DNA of 64,000 nucleotides from an uncultured beta proteobacterium (GTDB lineage: Bacteria; Pseudomonadota; Gammaproteobacteria; Burkholderiales; Burkholderiaceae_D), in contig CAWCJI010000006.1 of the NCBI GenBank assembly GCA_963795885.1, forward strand, positions 195,474-259,473, given 5' to 3'. Under the pieces are notes generated by a model that had not been told where the DNA came from, made no database searches, and worked only from the letters and a program-made list of their open reading frames with translations. Both the position numbers and the translations under genes were made by a program. Below are positions 55,390 to 64,000 of this stretch, one piece after another. How positions within the stretch are numbered: position 1 is the stretch's first letter; each line of letters starts with the position of its first letter.

Positions 55390-57975
55390 TCATCGGCCCC
55401 CCGTGACCGCATCGGCCAGATGGTCCCAGTCGTGCAGGAACACGCCCTCGAAGTAAGACGCCGCCGTCGCATCGTGGATGATCAACCCCGCATCGCGATT
55501 CCGTAGTGTGCCGTCCGCGGACCAGTTCTGGCTGCTGATCAGCACGCGCGCGTGATCGACCACGATCCCGTTGTTGTGAACCCCGGGCTGACGTCGAATC
55601 ACGGTCGACGGAATGCCCTGCATCACGAGCTTCTCCATCCAGTCGTCGGTCTGGTACGCGCTCATGATCAGCCGCACGTCGACGCCGGCCGCGATGCGGC
55701 GGCCGATCGCGGCGATCAGCGCATCGTGGTCCTCGTCGCGCGGCTTGCCGCTCGGATGGATGTACTGCGCCTGCATGTAGAACGACGTCGTCGCCGAGTC
55801 GATCAGCGCGAGGATCGCCGGCTGGTAGTTGTCCGGCGTCAGCACCGGCTGCACGCGCGCGACGACGGTGACCGTCTTCGGCGGGAAGAACGTCTTCGGC
55901 GCGCGGCCGGTCGTGAACGACTTCGTCTGCACCTGCGGTAGCGCGTCGGTGGTCGTGCCCGCGGCGGCGCCTGCCGCTCCGGCGGCGCGCGGCTTGCCGT
56001 CCTCCGCGAGCGCGACCGCGTGGTCGTGCGCGAGGAAGGTCCGGAACGTGTCGGCGAGCTTCTTGTTGACGACGACCACATGCCAATCGCGGTCGCTGCT
56101 CGCCGCGATCTTCGCCGCCTCCTTCGCGTCGGCGAGGTCGATCTTCGGCAGGTGGCTGTTGTTCCAGTCGCCCGTCGACAGCCAGAAGCGGTCGTCGTCG
56201 CGGACGGCGACCTTGACGTGGTACGCGTTCGGATAGATCCACACCGGCGACTTCACGTCGGCGTTCGTCAGCGCCCAGGCGCCGGCGAAGTTGGGTCCGA
56301 GGTCGCGCGTCAACGTCTGCTGGATGTCGTCGCCCGACTGGTCGCTGCCGGACATCGGTGCGGGACGGTCGAGCGTCAGCTTGAGCTTGCGTCCCCGCGT
56401 CGCGCCGCGCAGCGCCTGCAGCACGTGCCCCGAGCTGAAGTCGTGCATGCCGACGACCAGGTCGCCGGGGTTCGTCGACAGGAACTTCGACAGCTCGCCC
56501 CAGCCGGCATCGGGGCTGACGTGCAGCACCAGCGTCACCGGCTCCGTGACCGCGTCGAGCGTCGCGTTCGGCGGCGGCGCGTACGGGACGCGCCGCTTCA
56601 CGACCTGGCCGGCCAGCGTCGCCGCGGCGACCGTCGCATCGTCGACCGTCGTTCCGGAACCGTCGAGATAGAGCGCGTCGTCGAAGACCGGCGCGCGCAG
56701 CTCGTGACGTGCGGACGCGACCTGCAGGTACGTCGCGCCGCCCCTCGCGCGCAGCCGCTCCAGCGGGTCGGCCACGCGGACCTCGACGCGGACCTGGTCG
56801 TACGACCGCGGGATCTGCTCGCTGAGCGCAGCCAGATGATCCGGAAGCGCCTTGACGACGATCACGCGCTCGTTCGTGAAGCCCTCCGGTCCGAGATGCA
56901 GGCCGGGCCGGACCGACAGGATGCCGGGCAACGTCAGCGACATCGCGTTGACGAGGATGGTGTGCCGGACCATCTCGTACGAGTTGTTCTTGCGGCGCTC
57001 GCCGGTACGCGGGCGGGTCGGATCGACCGGGCCGCTCGGGATGTCGGTCGCGCGGCGCGCGTGGCCGTCGCCGGGGGTGGGCGCGGCGCTACCGGTCGTC
57101 GGCGCCGTGTCGGCCGCCTTCGCGCTCGTCGTCGCGACGGGCTGGACGAACAGCGCGTGCCCCGCGGCGCCGGCCTTCGTCAGGAATTCCTGGCGCGCGT
57201 CGCGACGCTGCACGGCCTTGTCGCCCGGCACGAGCGCGTTCAGCGCCGACTGCAGCTTCAGCAGGCGATCCGCGAACGCGCGCAGCGGCAGGCCGCCGGT
57301 CAACGCGGCCGGCGCGGCGGCGGCGCCCAGGTCGACGACCTCGTAGGCGCCCATGTGCTGCAGGCGATGCAGCTTGCCGGTCGCCGGATCGAACCACGTC
57401 AGCCGGCCGTTCGGCAGCACCTGGCGCGGGCGCGTGATGCGTCCCGAGAAGCTGTAGCGCGCGCCGCCGGAGCCGGTCGGATCGAAGTAGCGCGGCGTGC
57501 AGAAGTCGGCGACGAGCACGCCGTCGATCAGGTATGCGCAGCTCGGATCCATCGAAGGGCCGCAGATCTCGACGAGGTACTCGACGACGGATGCGCCGTC
57601 GACGGTCTCGGTCCCGACCACCCGCGTCCCGGGACCCGCGACCAGCCGGTTGCCGCTCGGGTCGACGATCATCTCGAGCGCTTCATGGCTCGCGCTCAAC
57701 GACCAGGTGCTGCCCGCGTGGATGCGCGCGTACGGCTGGTTGTGCCGGCTGGCCTGGAAGCCCAGGTCGGTCTGCGATTCGTCGACGATGTAGATCGGCG
57801 ACACGCCCGGTTCGAGGCTGTCGGTGCCGAAGACCGGTTCGACGACGGCGGCGACCTGCCACACCGGCGCGAGGTCGCGGGCGATCTGCAGGTTGAGCGC
57901 GTTGGCGACGCGGACGACCGCCGGGAAGTCGACGCTCTTCGTGCGCGAGACGAGGCCGATGCGATGGATCAGCAT
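55390..57975 (-). CDS. Multidomain protein: HExxE domain, linker, small alpha/beta domain, phospholipase D-superfamily domain pair
   Basis: SHEALEMIVDP; YHVKVAVRD...STGDWN; VHNNGIVVD...SSQNWS...NRDAG. Confidence 0.8.
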   Translation of the reverse strand: MLIHRIGLVSRTKSVDFPAVVRVANALNLQIARDLAPVWQVAAVVEPVFGTDSLEPGVSPIYIVDESQTDLGFQASRHNQPYARIHAGSTWSLSASHEALEMIVDPSGNRLVAGPGTRVVGTETVDGASVVEYLVEICGPSMDPSCAYLIDGVLVADFCTPRYFDPTGSGGARYSFSGRITRPRQVLPNGRLTWFDPATGKLHRLQHMGAYEVVDLGAAAAPAALTGGLPLRAFADRLLKLQSALNALVPGDKAVQRRDARQEFLTKAGAAGHALFVQPVATTSAKAADTAPTTGSAAPTPGDGHARRATDIPSGPVDPTRPRTGERRKNNSYEMVRHTILVNAMSLTLPGILSVRPGLHLGPEGFTNERVIVVKALPDHLAALSEQIPRSYDQVRVEVRVADPLERLRARGGATYLQVASARHELRAPVFDDALYLDGSGTTVDDATVAAATLAGQVVKRRVPYAPPPNATLDAVTEPVTLVLHVSPDAGWGELSKFLSTNPGDLVVGMHDFSSGHVLQALRGATRGRKLKLTLDRPAPMSGSDQSGDDIQQTLTRDLGPNFAGAWALTNADVKSPVWIYPNAYHVKVAVRDDDRFWLSTGDWNNSHLPKIDLADAKEAAKIAASSDRDWHVVVVNKKLADTFRTFLAHDHAVALAEDGKPRAAGAAGAAAGTTTDALPQVQTKSFTTGRAPKTFFPPKTVTVVARVQPVLTPDNYQPAILALIDSATTSFYMQAQYIHPSGKPRDEDHDALIAAIGRRIAAGVDVRLIMSAYQTDDWMEKLVMQGIPSTVIRRQPGVHNNGIVVDHARVLISSQNWSADGTLRNRDAGLIIHDATAASYFEGVFLHDWDHLADAVTGGR

Positions 57976-58236
57976 GGCGAATGCGCCAGCCGCGAAACTG
58001 TATTCAACGCCGACCTCCGATGCGCGAACGCGATTTGTCGATGGGGACACGGATTGCCGCGGGCAGTGTGCCGCGTCGCACGCGCGTCGAACAGCGGATC
58101 AGACGGGCATCGACCCGTCTTCTTGAGGCGCCGCGCGGCCTGCTTCGATGGGCCGACGGGGCCGCGGTGACGGGTCGGGCGCGAAAGCGGGCGGCTCGGG
58201 CCGCATCGAATCGACCGTGCGATCCTCGATGCGCGG

Positions 58237-58599
58237 CTAGAGCGCGTAGGCCCGACGCAGGCATTCGGCGTCGCCGGACCGCCCGTCCTTCGACAGCTCG
58301 TCGACGAGCGAATGCAGGCTGTCGCGCGCCCTCGGGAAGTCGGCCGCGATCGCGACCGCTTCCGGGCGCGCGATCGCGCGAAAGACCAGCGACCAGTCGA
58401 CGGTCGGATCGTCGACCCAGTCCGTCGCATCGAGCGTGAAGAAGGTCTCGACGAGATTCGCATCGGTCTTCGCGTCGTCGTCGACGCCGATGTTCGTCCG
58501 CAACGATCGGACGACCGAGAGGCAGGTGACGATCGCGGGACGTTCGTCGTCCGCGAGGAAATGCATCGTCGTTCGGTCGTCTTCCATCTCGAATTCCAT
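58237..58599 (-). CDS. Hypothetical acidic protein
   Basis: 120-aa ORF with host-like codon usage and globular composition; no motif recognised. Confidence 0.55.
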   Translation of the reverse strand: MEFEMEDDRTTMHFLADDERPAIVTCLSVVRSLRTNIGVDDDAKTDANLVETFFTLDATDWVDDPTVDWSLVFRAIARPEAVAIAADFPRARDSLHSLVDELSKDGRSGDAECLRRAYAL

Positions 58600-58865
58600 G
58601 GCTCTGCGTGCTGCGTTCGGGTCGCAGTCGCGAGGCGGCTCACCGCGCGACTCCTTCGGTCGATCGGCTCCCATCGTAAGAGCGGACCGGGCGACCTGCA
58701 ACGGCACCTGTGCAGTGCGAGCGTCACCTGGCGTGCCGCGCATGACGAGCAAGCAACGGACGCGCTTCGCGCCTTCCTTCGCGTGCAGGCGCCGAACGAG
58801 TCGTCGTCCTAACGACGCCTCGACGCGCCGGTGTCACCGTCGCGCCTCCCATCACCGGAGCCGCC

Positions 58866-59042
58866 ATGACCGATCCCCGCAACATCGCCCACGACAAGAA
58901 GGTCCAGCAGGAGAAGAAGCATCAGCACGAGGCCATCGCGCCCACCGCCGACGAGACGCCACAGCCGGGAAAGAAGCCGCACCTGCATCACGAGGACAAG
59001 CCGAAGGACGAACCGGAAGCGGCGAAGACCGACGGCGCGTAG
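58866..59042 (+). CDS. Small hydrophilic protein, 58 aa (absent from ORF track)
   Basis: GGAG SD then MTDPRNIAHDKKVQQEKKHQHEAIAPTADETPQPGKKPHLHHEDKPKDEPEAAKTDGA*; strongly host-like codons. Confidence 0.75.
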   Translation: MTDPRNIAHDKKVQQEKKHQHEAIAPTADETPQPGKKPHLHHEDKPKDEPEAAKTDGA

Positions 59043-59202
59043 GTCGACGACGCGGGCGCCGGATCGGCGCTGTCGCGATGCGAGGCGCCCGATCGCGCTA
59101 CGCTGCCCGTCGCGCGAGCACCGAATCGCGTCGAAGCGAAGCGACGCGCGTGGCATCGATCGATGCAACGCGTCGCCCTTCGTCAATCAAGGAGTCGAAT
59201 CC

Positions 59203-60231
59203 ATGGACCGCCAGTCACTGATCGAGACCGCCGAGGCGTTGGTCGCGGACCACAAGGGCCTGATCGCGATGGACGAGAGCACCGGCACCTGCGACAAGCG
59301 CTTCGTCGAGCAGGGCATCCCGACGACCGAGGAGATGCGCCGCCAGTGGCGCGACCTGATCGTCAACGCGCCGGGGCTCGGTGACTCGATCAGCGGCGCG
59401 ATCCTGTTCGACGAGACGATCCGCCAGAAGACGCTCGCCGGCGTGCCGTTCGCCGATGCGCTGAAGGGCGTCGGCATCATCCCCGGCATCAAGGTCGATG
59501 CCGGCGCGAAGCCGCTCGCGTTCCATCCGGACGAGAAGGTCACCGAGGGGCTCGACGGCCTGCGCGAGCGGCTCGAGGAGTACGCGTCGCTCGGCGCCCG
59601 CTTCGCGAAGTGGCGTGCGGTCATCACGATCGGCGACGGCATCCCGACCGCGACCTGCATCGAGGTCAACGCGCATGCGCTCGCGCGTTACGCGGCGCTC
59701 TGCCAGGAGGCCGGCATCGTGCCGATCGTCGAGCCCGAGGTGTTGATGGACGGCGATCACTCGCTCGCGCGTTGCGACGAGATCACGAGCGAGACGCTCG
59801 TCGCCGTGTTCGCGCAGCTCGCGGCGCAGGGCGTTGCGCTCGAAGGGATGCTGCTGAAGCCGAACATGGTGCTGCCGGGACTCGCGTCGCCGAAGCAGGA
59901 CGACGTCGACACGGTGGCCGACGCGACGGTCGCGTGCTTCCTGCGGACCGTGCCGCGCGAGGTGACGGGCATCGCGTTCCTGTCGGGCGGCCAGCCGGCC
60001 GAGCTCGCGTCGGCGCGGCTCAACGCGATCAACGCGCGTCATGGCGCTTCGAACCCGTGGCCGATCACGTTCTCGTACTCGCGCGCGATCCAGCAGCCGG
60101 CGCTCGAGACGTGGAAGGGGCGCGCCGAGAACGTCGCCGCCGCGCAGAAGGCGCTGATCCATCGCGCCGCCTGCAATCGCGCGGCGCGACTCGGGACCTA
60201 CGACGCCGCGAAGGACGCGCCGGCGGCCTGA
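59203..60231 (+). CDS. Class I fructose-bisphosphate aldolase
   Basis: GLIAMDESTG, PGIKVD, FAKWR, PIVEPEV, LLKPNMV, FLSGGQ, FSYSRA. Confidence 0.95.
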   Translation: MDRQSLIETAEALVADHKGLIAMDESTGTCDKRFVEQGIPTTEEMRRQWRDLIVNAPGLGDSISGAILFDETIRQKTLAGVPFADALKGVGIIPGIKVDAGAKPLAFHPDEKVTEGLDGLRERLEEYASLGARFAKWRAVITIGDGIPTATCIEVNAHALARYAALCQEAGIVPIVEPEVLMDGDHSLARCDEITSETLVAVFAQLAAQGVALEGMLLKPNMVLPGLASPKQDDVDTVADATVACFLRTVPREVTGIAFLSGGQPAELASARLNAINARHGASNPWPITFSYSRAIQQPALETWKGRAENVAAAQKALIHRAACNRAARLGTYDAAKDAPAA

Positions 60232-60294
60232 CGCCGCGATCGCTTCGCGTTGGCCCGCGACGCCATCGCGACGTCGCGGCCCGAGACGTCGCGC

Positions 60295-61119
60295 TCAATC
60301 GCGGATGAATGCCAGCAGGTCCGCGTTGATCGTCGCGGCTTCCGTCGTCGGCATCCCGTGCGGAAAGCCGGGGTACGTCTTCAGCGTCCCGTTCTTCAGC
60401 AGCTTCGCCGACAACGGACCCGAGTCCGCGTACGGGACGATCTGGTCGTCGTCACCGTGCATCACGAGGACCGGCACCGTGATCTTCTTCAGGTCCTCGG
60501 TGAAGTCGGTCTGCGAGAACGCGACGATGCCGTCGTAGTGCGCCTTCGCGCCGCCCATCATTCCCTGCCGCCACCAGTTGCGGATCATGCCTTCGCTGAC
60601 CTTCGCGCCCGGCCGGTTGAAGCCGTAGAACGGGCCGCTCGGCAGATCGAGGTAGAACTGCGCGCGGTTCGTCGCGACCTGCTCCTGCAACCCGTCGAAG
60701 ACCGACTTCGGCAGCCCGCCGGGATTGCTCGCGGTCTGCACCATCAGCGGCGGCACCGCGCTCAGGATCGCCGCCTTCGCGACGCGGCTCTCGCCGTGAC
60801 GCGCGAGGTAGTGGACGACCTCGCCGCCGCCGGTCGAGTGGCCGACGTGGATCGCGTCCTTCAGGTCGAGATGCGCGGTCAGCGCCGCGAGGTCGTCGGC
60901 GTAGTGGTCCATGTCGTGGCCGTCGACGCCCTGGCTCGAGCGACCGTGCCCGCGCCGGTCGTGCGCGATCACGCGGAAGCCTTCGGCGAGGAAGAACATC
61001 ATCTGCGTGTCCCAGTCGTCGGCCGACAGCGGCCAGCCGTGGCTGAACACGATGGGCTGGCCGCTGCCCCAGTCCTTGTAGAAGAGGTCGGTGCCATCCG
61101 GCGTCCTGATCATCGGCAT
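60295..61119 (-). CDS. Non-heme chloroperoxidase/perhydrolase-type alpha/beta hydrolase
   Basis: [35 protein letters not shown]. Confidence 0.93.
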   Translation of the reverse strand: MPMIRTPDGTDLFYKDWGSGQPIVFSHGWPLSADDWDTQMMFFLAEGFRVIAHDRRGHGRSSQGVDGHDMDHYADDLAALTAHLDLKDAIHVGHSTGGGEVVHYLARHGESRVAKAAILSAVPPLMVQTASNPGGLPKSVFDGLQEQVATNRAQFYLDLPSGPFYGFNRPGAKVSEGMIRNWWRQGMMGGAKAHYDGIVAFSQTDFTEDLKKITVPVLVMHGDDDQIVPYADSGPLSAKLLKNGTLKTYPGFPHGMPTTEAATINADLLAFIRD

Positions 61120-61287
61120 GTGGGTTCTCCTGGGTGGTGGGAAGCGCGACGCTTCGAGCGCGACAGCATAGGTGAGCCGCAAGAAATCGCGGCGTCATCG
61201 GCCGGTGCGACGATCGAGGCGCGCGCCGCAGCGCGCAGGAACCCGCAGGGCGGCACGCGGTCCTCTTTCCTTCCGTCCGGAACCCCC

Positions 61288-62295
61288 ATGAACGCCACGA
61301 CGAACAGCAAGCCGGCCTCGAACGATCCGATTCCCGCGACGATGACCGCGATGGCGATCGACGCCTACGGTGGCCCGGAGCAGCTGAAGCCGCACACGCT
61401 GCCGGTGCCGAAGATCGATCCCGGCGAGGTCCTGATCCGCGTCGCCGCCGCGGGCGTCGGCGTCTGGGACGGCCTGTTGCGCGAAGGCGGGATGGCGGAG
61501 ATGGAGCCGGGCGGCGGCCACCGCTTCCCGATCGTGCCCGGCGCGGACGGCGCCGGCACGGTGGTCGCCGTGGGCGCGCAGGTGTCGGACCTCGCGGTCG
61601 GCGACGTCGTCTACGGCTACAGCTTCGTGAGTCCGAAGGGCGGCTTCCACGCCGAATACGTCGCGGTCGCGGCCGACGGCGTCGCGCGCGTGCCGCGCGG
61701 GCTCGACATCGAGCAGGCCGGAGCGCTCGCCGTCACGGCGATCACCGCGTTGTGCGGCCTCGACGGCGAGTTGCACGTCCAGCCGGGCGATCGCGTGGTC
61801 GTGATGGGCGCGTCCGGCGGCGTCGGCCACGCGGCGGTGCAGCTCGCGAAGGCGATGGGCGCGACCGTGATGGGCATCGTGTCGAGCGCGGACGGTGCGG
61901 AGCTCGCGCGCGCGGCCGGCGCCGATCCGGTCATCGATCCGAAGGTCGACGACGTCGCCGCCGCACTGCGCGAGTTCGCCGGCGACCGGCTCGACGCGGT
62001 GCTCGCAACCGTCAACGGCGACGGCCTCGCGCAGGCGATCGCGTCGCTGAAGCCGGGCGGCCGTCTCGCATGGCCGAACGGCGTGACGCCGGTGCCCGAA
62101 GGCGGCGACGACGTCGTGGCGGCGGCCTTCAACGGACGGCCGAGCCGGGCGTTGCTCGACAAGCTGAATGCGCTGATCGAGAGCCGGCCGTTCTCGGTTC
62201 ATCTGTGGAAGACGCTGCCGCTCGCGGAGGCCGCGGACGCGCATCGCGCGCTCGCCGGTCATCACCTCGGGCGGATCGTGCTGACGATGTCCTGA
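61288..62295 (+). CDS. NADP-dependent MDR-family (quinone) oxidoreductase
   Basis: YGGPEQL, PGADGAG, GASGGVG, GRIVL; no Zn-binding cysteines. Confidence 0.9.
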   Translation: MNATTNSKPASNDPIPATMTAMAIDAYGGPEQLKPHTLPVPKIDPGEVLIRVAAAGVGVWDGLLREGGMAEMEPGGGHRFPIVPGADGAGTVVAVGAQVSDLAVGDVVYGYSFVSPKGGFHAEYVAVAADGVARVPRGLDIEQAGALAVTAITALCGLDGELHVQPGDRVVVMGASGGVGHAAVQLAKAMGATVMGIVSSADGAELARAAGADPVIDPKVDDVAAALREFAGDRLDAVLATVNGDGLAQAIASLKPGGRLAWPNGVTPVPEGGDDVVAAAFNGRPSRALLDKLNALIESRPFSVHLWKTLPLAEAADAHRALAGHHLGRIVLTMS

Positions 62296-62457
62296 TCATC
62301 GGCGCGGCTCGCCGCGACTTCATTCCGTCACGTCAGGATCCGAACGGCGCCCCGATCCAAGCGATTCTCGCGAGATGCGTCGTTCGCTGATGGGCGCATG
62401 ACCGGATCCCCGCGACAGTCGCACCTTCGGCGAACGCTGCCCGCACCCAGGAGTGTC

Positions 62458-62981
62458 ATGTCCCTCACCATCAACGGCGCGGACGCGCCGCTACCCGACG
62501 ATCCCCGCGTCTCGCTGCTCGACCTGCTGCGCGAGCACCTCCACCTGACCGGCGCGAAGAAGGGCTGCAACCAGGGCGCCTGCGGCGCCTGCACCGTGCT
62601 CGTCGACGGTCACGAGCGCATCCTGTCGTGCCTCGCGCTCGCCGTGCAGTACGACGGCCGGTCGATCACGTCGATCGAGGGGCTCGCGGGCGGAAGGCGC
62701 GCTGCATCCGCTGCAGAAGGCCTTCGTCGAGCACGACGGCTTCCAGTGCGGCTACTGCACGCCGGGGCAGATCTGTTCGGCCGTCGGCATGGCGGCCGAG
62801 CTCGAGCGCGGCGTGCCGAGCCACGTGACCGAGGACTTTGCGGCCGAGATCGATCGCGCTGACGCACGACGAGCTGCGCGAACGGATGAGCGGCAACCTC
62901 TGTCGCTGCGGCGCCTACAACGGCATCGTCGCCGCGATCACCGAGCAGTACGCGACGACGGCGTCGGAGGCCGCGTCATGA
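62458..62981 (+). CDS. Xanthine dehydrogenase-family 2Fe-2S subunit (PaoA/YagT-like), frameshifted
   Basis: [16 protein letters not shown]; QCGYCTPGQ and [11 protein letters not shown] in shifted frames. Confidence 0.88.
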
Positions 62982-63993
62982 CGCCGTTCACGTATGCCCG
63001 CGCGAGCGACGCGGCCGACGCCATCCGCCTCGTTTCGCAGCCGCACGCCGACGGTTCGAAAGCCAAGTTCCTCGGCGGCGGCACGAACCTCGTCGACCTG
63101 ATGCGCGAGACGATCGAGCGGCCCGCCGCGCTCGTCGACGTCACCGGCCTGTCGAGCGCGATCGACGAGCACGCCCGACGGCGGCCTGATGATCGGCGCC
63201 GCCGCGAGGAACACCGCGGTCGCCGAGCATCGCGCGGTCCGCACGCGCTACCCGATGCTGTCGCGCGCGATCGTCGCCGGCGCGTCGGCGCAGATCCGCA
63301 ACATGGCCACCGTCGGCGGCAACCTGTTGCAGCGAACCCGCTGCACGTACTTCTACGACGACGACGGCTCCCGCTGCAACAAGCGTTCGCCGGGCCAGGG
63401 CTGCGATGCGATCGACGGCTTCAACCGCATCCACGCGATCCTCGGCGCGTCATCGGCCTGCGTCGCGACGCATCCGTCCGACATGTGCGTCGCGCTCGCG
63501 GCGCTGGACGCGATCGTGCACGTGCAGGGGCCGAACGGCACGCGCACGCTGCCGCTGACGAACCTGCATCGCCTGCCGTTCGACCATCCGGAAATGGAGA
63601 CGATGCTCGCGGCCGGTGAGCTGATCACCGCGGTCGAGTTGCCGCCGCTGCCGTTCGCCGCGCATTCGACCTATCGCAAGGTCCGCGACCGGTCGAGCTA
63701 CGCGTTCGCGCTGGTGTCGGTGGCCGCCGCGATCGATCTCGATGGCGACACGATCAGGGACGTGCGCGTCGCGCTCGGCGGCGTCGCGCACAAGCCATGG
63801 CGCGCAGCGAAGGTCGAGGAACATCTTGAAGGGCGGGCCGGCCACGACGGCGAGCTTCGCCGCCGCGGCCGATGTCGAGTTGGCCGATGCGCGGCCGCTG
63901 TCGCACAACGGCTTCAAGATCGAGCTCGCGAAGCGGACGATCGTCGCCGTGCTGGGCGCGTTGACGGAACAAGCGAAGGGGAAGGTGGCATGA
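62978..63993 (+). CDS. Xanthine dehydrogenase-family FAD subunit (PaoB/YagS-like), frameshifted
   Basis: [21 protein letters not shown]; [19 protein letters not shown] and [16 protein letters not shown] in another frame; HNGFKIEL; next ATG overlaps the stop at 63990. Confidence 0.88.
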
Positions 63994-64000
63994 GCAGCTA

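Overview
High-GC (roughly 70%) betaproteobacterial, Burkholderiales-like chromosome segment spanning the replication-gene core: mnmE-yidC-yidD-rnpA-rpmH on the minus strand, divergent from dnaA-dnaN-gyrB, with DnaA boxes. Left of the core are a SAM-II-controlled metX-metW-GT-M14 peptidase-ampG-M48-VOC run, degQ with a QseBC/PmrAB-like two-component system and matching box, the gshA-gshB-EIIA-HPr-EI cluster, sigma54-driven glnK-amtB, a MarR-OMF-emrAB pump and assorted hydrolases. Both ends of the core are insertion hotspots. (1) A ~4 kb integrase-less arsenic-resistance island is bounded by imperfect 18-bp direct repeats of the mnmE 3' end. (2) After gyrB, a compositionally foreign esterase gene sits between two inverted 24-bp hairpin-like elements, and the host DNA on both sides shows mirror-image cytosine-depletion gradients; this is the best candidate for an undescribed gene-swapping system. 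Further right are a HExxE-domain/PLD fusion with altered catalytic motifs, an unannotated 58-aa hydrophilic protein, a class I aldolase and the start of a PaoABC/YagTSR-like molybdoenzyme operon. Many genes, including essential ones, carry single-base frameshifts that are most likely long-read consensus errors. No tRNA, rRNA, CRISPR array, integrase or transposase was seen.
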